A stretch of 64,000 bases of DNA from an uncultured Gammaproteobacteria bacterium (GTDB lineage Bacteria > Patescibacteriota > Microgenomatia > CAYQLK01), in assembly GCA_964349875.1 (NCBI GenBank), contig CAYGIG010000001.1, forward strand, positions 52 through 64,051. Direction: 5' to 3'. Under the pieces are notes generated by a model that was not told where the DNA came from, did no database searches, and saw only the letters and a list, made by a program, of their open reading frames with translations. This document shows, in pieces, positions 1 to 9,844 of this stretch. Both the position numbers and the translations under genes were made by a program. Within the stretch, counting starts at the first letter, position 1. Every line of letters starts with the position of its first letter.

Positions 1-710
1 TATATTCCAAAAACCGCATAAGGTAACCCTAAAATTAATATTGCCAACGATATTCTTCTAAAATCCAGCTTCTTTTTTAAGCCGTAAATATACAGCCCCA
101 AAATTAAAGGATAAATAATCGCAAAGATATATATATATGTTAAAGAAACAGAAAAAGACAAAAATGAGAGCACTGAAACCAATACCAATTCTTTCAGCCT
201 CCATCCTTTTTTATGAAAGATTTTCAATAACACTAAACCATAAATAGGAATCAGAAGGTAGGAGATTAAAGTCTCAGACAAAAACATCTGCCCCCACCAA
301 TATGTCGAGCCCACAAGCATGATCGCGGCGTACAACAAATAAAATCGGCTCTTTACTTCACCAAAACTACTCCTAAAAAGCAGGTAAGTCATTAAAATTG
401 CCATCCAAATTTCCAAAGCAAAAAACAGTCTGAATAATACGAACGATTGCTGGGTAAAAAATGTGCTAATTGAAGCTATAAAATAAGCTCCAATATTATG
501 ATGAGTAAAAAATCCAACGTTAGGCAATATTCCTTTATTTATATAGTATCCCCCCAAAATATTATCGTACTCGTCAGGAAAAGTTTCGTGAACCGCACTT
601 ATTAGAGTCAGAAACAAAAATATTACGAACAAACAAACCAGCCATTTGTTTCTAGTTACAAAACGAACAGTTTTTTTTAACAATCCAATGCCGCCAAAAT
701 AATTAGGCAT
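1..710 (-). CDS. polytopic membrane protein, 5'-partial in window (start codon ATG at 710..708, continues past position 1); possibly GT-C type glycosyltransferase-like
   Basis: Hand translation of the minus strand from 710 gives MPNYFGGIGLLKKTVRFVTRNKWLVCLFVIFLFLTLISAVHETFPDEYDNILGGYYI... with no stops over several hundred nt. It is strongly hydrophobic. It is absent from the ORF track, probably because it runs off the window edge. Confidence 0.4.
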   Translation of the reverse strand, partial: MPNYFGGIGLLKKTVRFVTRNKWLVCLFVIFLFLTLISAVHETFPDEYDNILGGYYINKGILPNVGFFTHHNIGAYFIASISTFFTQQSFVLFRLFFALEIWMAILMTYLLFRSSFGEVKSRFYLLYAAIMLVGSTYWWGQMFLSETLISYLLIPIYGLVLLKIFHKKGWRLKELVLVSVLSFLSFSVSLTYIYIFAIIYPLILGLYIYGLKKKLDFRRISLAILILGLPYAVFGI

Positions 711-713
711 CTT

Positions 714-1388
714 TTATTTTTTTACTATTCTCTTCTTTGTTCCGTTAATTCCTTTTTTTATTATCTCTCTGCTGCCAGGATCCTTTAAAATATGCCAAGC
801 AGCTGGTGCAACTGAGACAAAGATAATTATTGCAATAATTAGCAGTAAATAATTATCTATACCGGGAATCTGACCTAGGAAAAAACCTAGTAGTGTCACA
901 CCGACTGCCCAAGCAAAACCTCCAACCAAGTTATATAGAAAAAACGTCTTATAATTCATGTCCCCTATTCCTGCTACAACCGGAGCAAAAGTCCGGACAA
1001 ATGGGATAAATCTGGCTAGGATTATGGTTTTCCCTCCATGCTTTTCATAAAACTCTTGTGCTTTAAGCAAGTGCCCCGGCTTAAAAAATTTAGACTCTTC
1101 CTTGGTAAATAATTTTTTTCCAAATCTCTTGCCGGTCGTATACCCAACATTATCTCCAATTACCGCTCCTAAAAACACAAAAATTAACAGAGAATATATA
1201 TCGATAAGTCCGGTTGAAGCTAAAATTCCCGCCGAAATCAACAGTGAATCACCTGGTAAAAAAAATCCGACCAATAGACCCGACTCAGCAAATACTATTA
1301 AAGAAACCAATCCCACCCCAACTATACTTCTCAGCGAGGGATCAACCGACTCAATAATGTGTTTTATATCAAATATTCCAATAGCCAT
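714..1388 (-). CDS. DedA/SNARE-associated family membrane protein
   Basis: Motifs VGFFLPGDSLLISAGILA, GKRFGKKLF, ILARFIPFVRTFAPVVAGIGDMNY are typical of DedA (TVP38/TMEM64) family proteins. Confidence 0.75.
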   Translation of the reverse strand: MAIGIFDIKHIIESVDPSLRSIVGVGLVSLIVFAESGLLVGFFLPGDSLLISAGILASTGLIDIYSLLIFVFLGAVIGDNVGYTTGKRFGKKLFTKEESKFFKPGHLLKAQEFYEKHGGKTIILARFIPFVRTFAPVVAGIGDMNYKTFFLYNLVGGFAWAVGVTLLGFFLGQIPGIDNYLLLIIAIIIFVSVAPAAWHILKDPGSREIIKKGINGTKKRIVKK

Positions 1389-1408
1389 AATACCCGAAGA
1401 ATTCTACA

Positions 1409-1717
1409 CTACCAAAACCAAAATTTACCACGACCAAAAAGCGGATAATACCGCAAAATCACCTTTCCTAAAACCATATTTTCTTCTATCCACCCAAATT
1501 CTCTCGAGTCAGTAGTAAAACTTTCATTCAAACCCATGACAAAAACCTTACCATTTTTTTTATTCACCACTCTTTTCAACAGCCTTCTATTTCCACCTCT
1601 TGGATCACAAAAAACCACATCGCTACCTACTTTAATTGACCCAAAACTAACTGAAATCAAAAAATCACCCTGAAAATAATCAGGCTCCATACTTCTCCCC
1701 TCAACCAAAAACCTCAT
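1409..1717 (-). CDS. sodX: S26/S24-type signal-peptidase-like protease, candidate NiSOD maturation peptidase (SodX-like)
   Basis: The GRSMEP motif carries a Ser nucleophile and LLKRVV a Lys general base, as in SPase I/LexA-type peptidases. It lies directly downstream of, and co-oriented with, the NiSOD gene, as in Streptomyces sodN-sodX. Confidence 0.6.
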   Translation of the reverse strand: MRFLVEGRSMEPDYFQGDFLISVSFGSIKVGSDVVFCDPRGGNRRLLKRVVNKKNGKVFVMGLNESFTTDSREFGWIEENMVLGKVILRYYPLFGRGKFWFW

Positions 1718-1740
1718 TTAATTTAAAATTTGATTCTCTC

Positions 1741-2154
1741 TTACACCGCAGCCTTAGCTTTTTCAAACATTTCAGCTATCTCATCCACTGCCTTAACTAA
1801 TCTTTGTGCTGCATCCAAATGGGCATGTTGCTTGTTTTCTGAAATTAACTTAGCCGTATTCCAAACTTTATTATGCAAATCCGGAAACTTCTCTAAATGT
1901 TCCGGTTTGAAAAAATCAGTCCACAAGGTCAATATTTCTTGTTTGCAGATTCTGGCATGTTCTTCCTTCGTAGTAACCATTCTCACAAAACTATTCATAT
2001 CAGACGGTGCCATTTCTTTTGGCAAGGCTAAGATTTTCTCAACCATCTTTAATACCGTTGCAGCTGCTATTTGAGCCGGTTTTGGATCATAAATACCGCA
2101 TGGCACATCGCAATGTGCGAACACTTTGTTGGAGGGTTTAAATATATTAATCAT
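1741..2154 (-). CDS. sodN: nickel-containing superoxide dismutase precursor (NiSOD)
   Basis: The mature N-terminus HCDVPCGIYDP follows a 13-aa leader MINIFKPSNKVFA. This is the canonical Ni-hook motif (His1, Cys2, Cys6). Length of 137 aa and the helical remainder fit NiSOD. Confidence 0.8.
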   Translation of the reverse strand: MINIFKPSNKVFAHCDVPCGIYDPKPAQIAAATVLKMVEKILALPKEMAPSDMNSFVRMVTTKEEHARICKQEILTLWTDFFKPEHLEKFPDLHNKVWNTAKLISENKQHAHLDAAQRLVKAVDEIAEMFEKAKAAV

Positions 2155-2216
2155 GTCAGTAATTATACCTCTGATAACAAAAGTACAATATAATCATTAA
2201 GAACTATTCCATAAGA

Positions 2217-3875
2217 GTGCACAAACACATAAAAAAAATATTTTCCTTATTAAAAGGCCACAAAACCCTAACAGCAATTCTCATCCTTGCTGCGCTGCTG
2301 AGATTCTATAATCTTGCAAATAATCCAGTTTCTCCATACTGGGACGAAGTTTCGATCGGTTATAACGCCTATTCAATTTCTCAGACCGGAAAGGACGAAT
2401 GGGGTGAACCTTTACCGCTTCTCTTTAAAGCATTTGGAGAATACAAACTACCAGGTCAAATTTATTTAACCGTTCCTTTTGTAAAAATCCTTGGACTCAA
2501 CGATTTTTCGATTAGATTGCCATCCGCCGTTATGGGAATACTGGCAGTATTTGCAATTTATTTACTGACATCACAGCTGGCCCAAAAAATTACTTCGTCA
2601 CGATACTCACACAAAATTGCTTTATTTTCTGCACTTCTTCTGGCCATTTCCCCTTGGCATTTGCAATTTTCAAGAGCCGCTTTTGAAGCCAATTCCGCTA
2701 TTAGTTTATATGCCTTTGGTTTGTATTTCTTATATTCCGGTCTCAAAAAACCCCGCAATTACATATATGCGGCTATTATTTTTGGCCTCTCATTCTACTT
2801 TTATTATCACGTTAGAATAATTATTCCCTTAATCGCTATTTATTTTTCGATCGCTTATTTCAAATTACTTTTCAAAAATCTACGCACCATTTCAGTTGCA
2901 GTTATCTTCTTTTTGATAATTACTCTACCTATTATTTACTCTGCTTTTACACCCCAAGCACTCAAACGTTCCGAAGAAGTTTCAATTATTGATATTACCA
3001 CTCCACAAACAAATCCGGATTTTGTCAAAGCCTACGCTAAATACCAAAATCTGTCAGTAATACCGAACAACTTTAAAGACAAACTTGCTTGGACAGACGT
3101 TCTTTTCGAGTATTACCTTCGCCACTTAGATTTTAACTTTTTGTTCACCACAGGCGACCCTCACCAGCCTCGCCACAGCACTACCAATCACGGCCTCCTG
3201 TATTATTTCCAAATTCCGCTCCTCCTTACCGGCCTTTTCCTGCTTATCCGCAAACATTCAAAGGAGTCAATCTTTGTTATTTTTCTTGGCGCAATATTTC
3301 CATTGTCGGCAATTTTTTCCGACCTCACTCCTCACGCACTCAGATCTTCCTTGGGTTCATTTAATTTATCTCTCTTGAGCGCATTTGGAATGTTACCGTT
3401 TTTAAAGCAAAGAATTATCAAGAGCATTTCAATAATAATTATTACTTTATCTGTTGGTTTTTATTTGTTTCAATACCACGCAGTCGCACCAAAAACGACT
3501 TCACAAGCTTGGGGATATGGCCACAAGGAGTTGTTTACATATCTCCAACCTCATACAGAACCAATAATTATCTCAGGCGCTTATTGGAATCCTTATATAT
3601 ATTTCCTCTACTACAACCACATTAATCCTTCAGATTATCAAAAACTCGATATTAAAAAAACTCACTTCACAAACTACTTTTTTGCAGGCGCCGACTGGGA
3701 CGGACGTGGTGCATTAAGTAATAACTTAATCAAAAGCCAACTTCAAGCCGGAAAAAACATTTTAGTTCTAACCCCCACGGACGATTTACGAATTACTATT
3801 TTCCGTACTTTATTGCATACAATTTACGACAAAAATAATTCGCCGATATTTTTAATTTACGAAACATACTACTAA
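2217..3875 (+). CDS. GT-C fold membrane glycosyltransferase (GT39/ArnT/PMT-like)
   Basis: 552 aa with about 10 TM helices. The N-terminal loop motif YWDEVSIGYNAYSISQTGKDEWGEP is characteristic of the ArnT/PMT-like glycosyltransferases abundant in small-genome bacteria. Confidence 0.65.
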   Translation: MHKHIKKIFSLLKGHKTLTAILILAALLRFYNLANNPVSPYWDEVSIGYNAYSISQTGKDEWGEPLPLLFKAFGEYKLPGQIYLTVPFVKILGLNDFSIRLPSAVMGILAVFAIYLLTSQLAQKITSSRYSHKIALFSALLLAISPWHLQFSRAAFEANSAISLYAFGLYFLYSGLKKPRNYIYAAIIFGLSFYFYYHVRIIIPLIAIYFSIAYFKLLFKNLRTISVAVIFFLIITLPIIYSAFTPQALKRSEEVSIIDITTPQTNPDFVKAYAKYQNLSVIPNNFKDKLAWTDVLFEYYLRHLDFNFLFTTGDPHQPRHSTTNHGLLYYFQIPLLLTGLFLLIRKHSKESIFVIFLGAIFPLSAIFSDLTPHALRSSLGSFNLSLLSAFGMLPFLKQRIIKSISIIIITLSVGFYLFQYHAVAPKTTSQAWGYGHKELFTYLQPHTEPIIISGAYWNPYIYFLYYNHINPSDYQKLDIKKTHFTNYFFAGADWDGRGALSNNLIKSQLQAGKNILVLTPTDDLRITIFRTLLHTIYDKNNSPIFLIYETYY

Positions 3876-3934
3876 AACCACTCACACCCACTCAATGGAA
3901 ATACGAAACATCACCAAACATAACCTCTTTTCTG

Positions 3935-4429
3935 TTAATTTACCCTAATTTTTTTCTTACCTCTTACTTCTAACGTTTTTTTGTTCTTAGTTTTTTTATT
4001 TTCCAACTTTGCAATCCAAACCATACAAACTCCAATCAACAGAAACGCCATCAAAGACAAAAAAGGAATATTTATAAATCCAAAAAACTCAAAATACTTA
4101 GTAGTACAAGATACCCCAAGCCGACACGGCGCCAAATTTTCCGCAATCACTCCAGCATTAAGCAGCACATGGTAAAAAGCCACCAATCCCCCGATTATCG
4201 TTAGCGGTAAGGCATATAAATACACTTTATAATCCCGTCTAAGCATCGCAATCAACAATATAACCGTTAATGGATATAAACAAATTCTCTGTATCCAACA
4301 TAGCTCACAAGGCGCAAACTTTAGCACCTCGCTAAAATACAAACTTGTAACCGTTCCCGCCAAAGCACAAAACCATGCAATATAAAGCAAATAACTTTTC
4401 ATCGACTGTAATAATAAACCATAAAACAA
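3935..4429 (-). CDS. bdbC: disulfide bond formation protein DsbB/BdbC family (likely true start at the internal Met near 4402)
   Basis: SLYFSEVLKFAPCELCWIQRICLYPL plus a second Cys pair (APCRLGVSCTT). Close resemblance to the Bacillus BdbC CxxC-WYQR motif. Confidence 0.75.
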   Translation of the reverse strand: MFYGLLLQSMKSYLLYIAWFCALAGTVTSLYFSEVLKFAPCELCWIQRICLYPLTVILLIAMLRRDYKVYLYALPLTIIGGLVAFYHVLLNAGVIAENLAPCRLGVSCTTKYFEFFGFINIPFLSLMAFLLIGVCMVWIAKLENKKTKNKKTLEVRGKKKIRVN

Positions 4430-4472
4430 ATTTTGTCTTTTTTAGTCTTCATAGAGCATAATAACCCGCATT

Positions 4473-5939
4473 ATGATTAAAGTCGAAAATCTTTCACTTG
4501 GACATCAGTTTGGAAACCTGTACGAAAATGCTAATTTTTTAGTTGGTACAAACATCAAAGCCGGCCTCGTCGGGCCCAATGGTAGCGGCAAATCCACTCT
4601 TCTCAAGGCCATTATTGGCCAAATCGAACCTTCAGAGGGCAAACTTACCGTAATCGGTACGGTTGGATACGTTCCTCAAGAGATCAAATCAGATGCCGAA
4701 TTAGAAAAAAGCAAAACAATCAGAAGCTACATCGATCCACACAACAACCACCCTGATCATGAACTATCAAAAATCCTTTTCGGCCTAGAACTGGAAAACT
4801 TAGAATTAGAAATGGCGCCGCAAAAGCTTTCTGGCGGCCAGAAAACCAAACTCTGTCTGGCAAAAGCTCTACTGGCTAAACCAGACGTACTCTTACTCGA
4901 CGAACCCACAAACTTTTTGGATGCCAAGGGCAAAACTTGGGTTATGAATTTTTTAGCACATTACCCAAAAACCCTCCTCATGATCTCTCACGACTTAGAA
5001 CTTTTAGACAAACACATCGACAAGATTATCTCGATTAATCCTCAATTCAGAACAGTTGATGAGTACAAAGGCAACTACTCGAAGTATTTAGTCGCCAAAC
5101 AACAAAACGATGATCTACTTAAAAGAAGCGTAGAACAGGAACAAAAACATATCAAAAAACTCAAAAAAAGCCTTACTCTCTACTCTCAGTTCTCACGCAA
5201 AAAAAGTGTCCTATCCAAACGTATCGACCGCCTAGAAGAAGAATTGCCTGAACTGCCAAAAGATGTTCAAAAACTCAAAATCAACCTTCCCACTCCTTCC
5301 AATGTTGGCGAAATTCCAATCAGCATCAAAGGAATCAATAAAACATATGGAGAAACCAAAATTCTCTCTGACTTTTCTCTTTCTATAATTCGCGGCGAAA
5401 GAATAGCCTTAATCGGCCCAAACGGTGCTGGTAAAAGCACAATTATTAAGATACTGACAGAAACATCTAAGCCAGATTCTGGTGAAATTACCAAAGACGA
5501 CAACCTAAAAATCGGCTACTACTCCCAAGAGTTTGAAACGTTCGATTTTGAAAAAACTCTTAGCGAAACCGCGACTGAAGTAAGCGGCATGTCTGAATTT
5601 TCAATTCGTCCTTTTTTGGCTAAATTTATGTTCACAGGCAATAAAATTTATCAAAGAATTTCTACTCTTTCTGGTGGAGAAAAAACCAGATTTTCAATTG
5701 CCCTAATAATGCTTAGCAACAACAATCTACTCATCCTCGACGAACCCACCACATATCTTGATGTCGTCTCACAAAAAGTAATCCTTGAAGCAATCAAGAG
5801 TTATATTGGGGCAATGTTAATTGTCAGCCACACCGAAGAATTTATTACCCAACTCGAACCAAACAGAGCAGTTATTATGCCTGAAGGAATAGTTCGCCAT
5901 TGGTCACCCGAACTGGTGGAAAAAATTTCCGACATCTAG
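4473..5939 (+). CDS. ABC-F family ATPase (two tandem ABC domains, no TM domain)
   Basis: Two Walker A sites (GPNGSGKST, GPNGAGKST), two ABC signatures (LSGGQKTKL, LSGGEKTRF) and a linker with a charged coiled-coil. Confidence 0.85.
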   Translation: MIKVENLSLGHQFGNLYENANFLVGTNIKAGLVGPNGSGKSTLLKAIIGQIEPSEGKLTVIGTVGYVPQEIKSDAELEKSKTIRSYIDPHNNHPDHELSKILFGLELENLELEMAPQKLSGGQKTKLCLAKALLAKPDVLLLDEPTNFLDAKGKTWVMNFLAHYPKTLLMISHDLELLDKHIDKIISINPQFRTVDEYKGNYSKYLVAKQQNDDLLKRSVEQEQKHIKKLKKSLTLYSQFSRKKSVLSKRIDRLEEELPELPKDVQKLKINLPTPSNVGEIPISIKGINKTYGETKILSDFSLSIIRGERIALIGPNGAGKSTIIKILTETSKPDSGEITKDDNLKIGYYSQEFETFDFEKTLSETATEVSGMSEFSIRPFLAKFMFTGNKIYQRISTLSGGEKTRFSIALIMLSNNNLLILDEPTTYLDVVSQKVILEAIKSYIGAMLIVSHTEEFITQLEPNRAVIMPEGIVRHWSPELVEKISDI

Positions 5940-5972
5940 GATAAAAATTGTATAATCGACCCACATTTCACT

Positions 5973-6974
5973 ATGAAGATCTCTTATCTCGCCACAGGAA
6001 TTTTTTTTCTAGTTATTGGACTATTTGCCGGAGCTAAATTCTTTTCATCGCAAACACCTATACCTTTAAACACAGACAAAGGTATTAATAATTTAGAACT
6101 AATCAATCCAATCTATGGATTTGACCTCGAAATCGACAAATCCGACCCAAAAGTAAGTCTCATCAAACAAGACATAGAAAACCTGTTAAACGAAAAAACT
6201 TCGCACAGTAATTACAACCCAATCGGGGTGTACTTCAGAGATCTTAGCTACGGCGGAGCTACTTTTGGTATACATTCTGACACATTTTTTACTCCGGCAA
6301 GCCTCTTCAAGCTTCCTCTTATGATGGCATATTTCAAAAAAGCTGAAACAAATCCTGATTTTCTTCAAAAAAAAATCGTTTATACAGCCGACAAAAACAC
6401 CAACAGCTCAGAGCATTTTAAGGACATCGAATATATTAAACCGGGACAGAACTACACCATCCAAGAACTAATTGAACATATGATTATTAATTCCGACAAT
6501 GAAGCAACACTATTGCTAATGGAAAATATTGACCAAAAAACCACCAACCAAACCTACTTTGACCTTGGTATTGTGATTCCGGAAAACGATCCCAACGCTG
6601 AGTTCGTTACAGTTAAAAACTATGCTTCATTTTTTAGAATTTTATACAATTCAACTTATTTAAATGAAGAGTTCAGTGCCAAAGCTTTAAGTATTCTTTT
6701 ACAAGCTAATTTTAGCCAGGGACTTACAAAACAACTTCCGCCGAACACCAAGGTTGCTCACAAATTCGGCGAAAGATCCGACATGGACAAACAGGTCAAA
6801 CAGCTTCACGACTGCGGAATTATCTATTACCCTCACCATCCTTATGTCCTCTGCGTAATGACTAAGGGCGACGATTTTGAACAAATGGCTCAGATGATTC
6901 AAAACATATCCAAAACCGTCTACGATGGAATGAAAAAATTCTACTCATTCAACAAATCCGGAGTAAGGCTTTAA
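5973..6974 (+). CDS. class A beta-lactamase-like serine hydrolase (secreted/membrane anchored)
   Basis: N-terminal TM/signal segment. SxxK (SLFK), SDN (INSDNEA), an E-x-x-x-N-like segment (ENDPN) and a KTG-like motif (HKFGE). Confidence 0.6.
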   Translation: MKISYLATGIFFLVIGLFAGAKFFSSQTPIPLNTDKGINNLELINPIYGFDLEIDKSDPKVSLIKQDIENLLNEKTSHSNYNPIGVYFRDLSYGGATFGIHSDTFFTPASLFKLPLMMAYFKKAETNPDFLQKKIVYTADKNTNSSEHFKDIEYIKPGQNYTIQELIEHMIINSDNEATLLLMENIDQKTTNQTYFDLGIVIPENDPNAEFVTVKNYASFFRILYNSTYLNEEFSAKALSILLQANFSQGLTKQLPPNTKVAHKFGERSDMDKQVKQLHDCGIIYYPHHPYVLCVMTKGDDFEQMAQMIQNISKTVYDGMKKFYSFNKSGVRL

Positions 6975-6981
6975 ACGTCAA

Positions 6982-7509
6982 ATGAATGTTGAAATAATTA
7001 CCTTTCTAATAATCTCACTCAAAATTTTAGTTCCTGCCTCAATGATTATTTTTCCACTTATTGGATTATGGGGTAATTATTTCCTCGATATTATCGATGG
7101 AGACTTGCTTCAAGGCCTCGGAATGTCCGATTATTTTTATCAAACCGTCGACAAATCAGCTGACTTTGTTTCATACATTTTTATGCTCCTGTTGGGTCTG
7201 AGATGGCATATTCGTAAAACGATTTTAATTCTTTTTATATATAGAATAATCGGTCAAATTCTCTTCTTTATCACCCGCAACGAATCAATCTTTTTCTACT
7301 TTCAAAACTTTTTAGAGCCTCTAATGCTTATCTATGTACTGTTAATTTGGAAGCAAAAATCCGAAAAAGCAGCTTATCTTACCTATAAAAAACATTGGAA
7401 AATTATTTGGACAATAGTTATCGCCTACAAGCTTTGGAATGAATGGTACCTGCATCTAGCCAACATCGATCTCTCCACCATATTCTTCGGTTTTAATGGC
7501 GGACACTAA
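6982..7509 (+). CDS. hypothetical integral membrane protein
   Basis: Hydrophobic ORF of 175 aa. No recognisable motif. Confidence 0.4.
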   Translation: MNVEIITFLIISLKILVPASMIIFPLIGLWGNYFLDIIDGDLLQGLGMSDYFYQTVDKSADFVSYIFMLLLGLRWHIRKTILILFIYRIIGQILFFITRNESIFFYFQNFLEPLMLIYVLLIWKQKSEKAAYLTYKKHWKIIWTIVIAYKLWNEWYLHLANIDLSTIFFGFNGGH

Positions 7510-7565
7510 ATAACAGTCATAATCTTCACTACAACAACGGCTGCCCTAAATCAAATTAGTTTCTG

Positions 7566-7787
7566 TTAAGCACAAGCTTTACAATCTTTCTTGTGTGTCA
7601 TTAGCAAATAAACTGCTGAGACACCAACAAGGATATAAACTACCTTCTCAGCCATTGGAACTGAACCTACTACTGCACTTACTAGATTAAAATCCAATAA
7701 ACCCACCAGTCCCCAATTAACTCCACCTACAACTGTAAGCAAAAACGCTACCATGTGTAACATTTTCATATACTCATTCACCCCCAA
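7566..7787 (-). CDS. DUF378 family small membrane protein
   Basis: GGVNWGLVGLL motif with two TM helices, 73 aa. Confidence 0.6.
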   Translation of the reverse strand: MGVNEYMKMLHMVAFLLTVVGGVNWGLVGLLDFNLVSAVVGSVPMAEKVVYILVGVSAVYLLMTHKKDCKACA

Positions 7788-7897
7788 TCTTCAATATCTA
7801 TCTACTAATTATTATATTACTCCCATTAATCACTAAAAACTTTATATTCTAGTTAATAAAAGACTCTACAATCCCTCGTCTCTGTTAGAGTTAAAAT

Positions 7898-8251
7898 ATG
7901 GATAATTTGATTAATATCTGCCCACACTGCAATTCCCCTGTTACAACCACCGACTACTTTTGCCCAAATTGTGGCAAACCCATTCGTCGCAAACCACAAA
8001 ACCTCTCCATCAATCGGCAAATTATTGTCTACCTAATCAGCTTCCTTTTACCTCCTCTTGGGCTCTGGCCGGCTTTCCGATATCTCAAGGACGATAATCC
8101 CAAAGCCCACACGATCGGATATATCGCAATTGTGTTAACAATCCTTTCCGTTATCATCAGCATCTGGAGTACTTATGCAATTATTGGAGGAATTAATCAG
8201 GCAATTAACTCACAGCTAAATTCCGGCTCTTACTCTGAACTTGGATTTTAA
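7898..8251 (+). CDS. zinc-ribbon domain membrane protein
   Basis: N-terminal CPHC-x15-CPNC zinc ribbon followed by two TM helices. Confidence 0.5.
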   Translation: MDNLINICPHCNSPVTTTDYFCPNCGKPIRRKPQNLSINRQIIVYLISFLLPPLGLWPAFRYLKDDNPKAHTIGYIAIVLTILSVIISIWSTYAIIGGINQAINSQLNSGSYSELGF

Positions 8252-8310
8252 TTTGTAAAAGATACACATAGATAAAAACCAGACCAATCAAAAACACAAA
8301 AAGGACAAGC

Positions 8311-9138
8311 TTAAAGACTAACAGTCACCCGCATGAAGGTAGCAGGTATTGAAGTGCCGCCGTCAGTGCTTTTGTTTTGGTTCTTCGCCAGCTCCAAGAG
8401 TTGGCTGTGTAGCTCCTCTATTCTTCCACTCTCCTTAGCCGCTGCAACAGCATTCATTGTTGGCCCATAAAATCGTTCCAATAATTCTACAAATTCTTCC
8501 GGATTTTTATCATTCGACACAAAAGAATATGTGTCTTTGACCATGGATATTTTCTCTTTGGGCACACCGGCCTGACTAAAACGCTCGATGATGTGATTTT
8601 CCACACCCCATGTCATTGGACTAATGAATCCTTCAGGTGGTGGAGGTGTAAATGCTGCGCTTATCGCTAACAGTTGTGATACGAACGAAGTCGGATCATT
8701 CGGGATCCAATTACCCATCACGATGCGACCACTTGATTTTGTAACCCGAACCATTTCACGGGCTACATCGAAAGGCTTGGGAGCAAACATGGCGCCGAAT
8801 ATAGAGATGGTTAAATCAAACGAATGATCACTGACTCCCTGCAAATTGCATGCATCTCCCTCTTGAAATGTTAGTCGGCTGAGACCTAAGTCTAGAGCTC
8901 GCTTGTTTCCGGCATCAACAAGATTCTTAGCAATATCAATCCCTACAACCTCAGCTCCCAAAAGAGCTAGGGGAATCGCGGTAGTGCCATCTCCGCAACC
9001 AAGGTCCAAGACCTTTATTGGCGGTGCTATCCCAAGTGACTTAACAAGTGCTTCCCCAGATTGGCGCATGAAAGCAGCAATTTCAGTAAAATCGCCTTTC
9101 TCCCACAACGCTTTGTTTGGATTTATTGTGTTGTCCAT
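8311..9138 (-). CDS. class I SAM-dependent methyltransferase
   Basis: Motif I VLDLGCGDGTTAIPLA. Post-I acidic residue (GIDIA). Confidence 0.75.
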   Translation of the reverse strand: MDNTINPNKALWEKGDFTEIAAFMRQSGEALVKSLGIAPPIKVLDLGCGDGTTAIPLALLGAEVVGIDIAKNLVDAGNKRALDLGLSRLTFQEGDACNLQGVSDHSFDLTISIFGAMFAPKPFDVAREMVRVTKSSGRIVMGNWIPNDPTSFVSQLLAISAAFTPPPPEGFISPMTWGVENHIIERFSQAGVPKEKISMVKDTYSFVSNDKNPEEFVELLERFYGPTMNAVAAAKESGRIEELHSQLLELAKNQNKSTDGGTSIPATFMRVTVSL

Positions 9139-9220
9139 AAAATAATTATTTCACAAAACGAAAAGATATAACACTTATAGCTATAGCGAGGAGTTTTATG
9201 AGTCACAATCTTGAACCTAG

Positions 9221-9236
9221 CTCCTCGACTAGGATG
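9221..9236 (-). repeat. ~16-nt copy of the 3' end of tRNA-Asn (T-stem 3' half plus acceptor 3' half), att-like direct repeat
   Basis: ctcctcgactaggat at 9221-9235 is identical to the 3' end of the tRNA-Asn gene at 11077-11091. Confidence 0.6.
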
Positions 9237-9288
9237 TTCGCTTCGCGAAGAATAGTTAACCGCATTATTGAAATAGGTACTCGAATTT

Positions 9289-9636
9289 TTAAGATTTTTG
9301 ATATTTTTTATCGTAAATCACCCATAAAACCCAGGCATTCGTAAACCAAGCCACAATAGCCAACAAATCAGCCAAAGTAATCGGTATTCTTCCCATACTC
9401 GTTAACCCGTTATCTAAGTCAAATAAACCAAAAATAATTATCGCAAGTATTACGCCAATGAAAAACTCAAGAAAAAGAAATAAACCAATTTTTCTATTCA
9501 ATAATTTCTTATTGCCCCACCGAAACGGAACCACAAAATCCCAATAAGACCAATAATTATTAGTTTTATCCATCACAATCAAATTATAGAGAAAATTTAC
9601 AAGGAAAATATAAAAAATACAAAGGCTTTGAAACAA
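9289..9636 (-). CDS. hypothetical membrane protein
   Basis: Hydrophobic ORF. Inside the segment bounded by tRNA-Asn and its 3'-end repeat. Confidence 0.4.
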   Translation of the reverse strand: MFQSLCIFYIFLVNFLYNLIVMDKTNNYWSYWDFVVPFRWGNKKLLNRKIGLFLFLEFFIGVILAIIIFGLFDLDNGLTSMGRIPITLADLLAIVAWFTNAWVLWVIYDKKYQKS

Positions 9637-9844
9637 ATCCTCTAGAAAATAGTCGGCAAAGCCATTCTGTAGCTTTAGCGAAAGATGGCTCGCTAAGTGG
9701 AATGATTTTAGAACTGCCGATTGGTTGGAAATAGTTGAATTCCCCGATTATGTACTGAAGGAAACTCAACAATTTCTCACAAAATAGGAACTTGATATAA
9801 TACTTTTTACGAGCAAAAACCAATGAGGTAAAGATGGAATCGAC

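Noticed and set aside
2558-2820. Short ORFs nested inside the GT39-like gene on both strands (2558..2758 minus, 2617..2820 plus)
   Set aside because: They are fully embedded in a long, well-supported membrane-protein ORF. They have no motifs and their codon composition mirrors the host frame. They are spurious.
5267-5503. Antisense 78-aa ORF inside the ABC-F gene. The same class applies to ORFs inside copA (21477..21665, 21738..21974, 22173..22568), rpoD, dnaG, dnaN and dnaA
   Set aside because: These are antisense or alternative-frame ORFs within strongly supported genes, and so are treated as non-coding.
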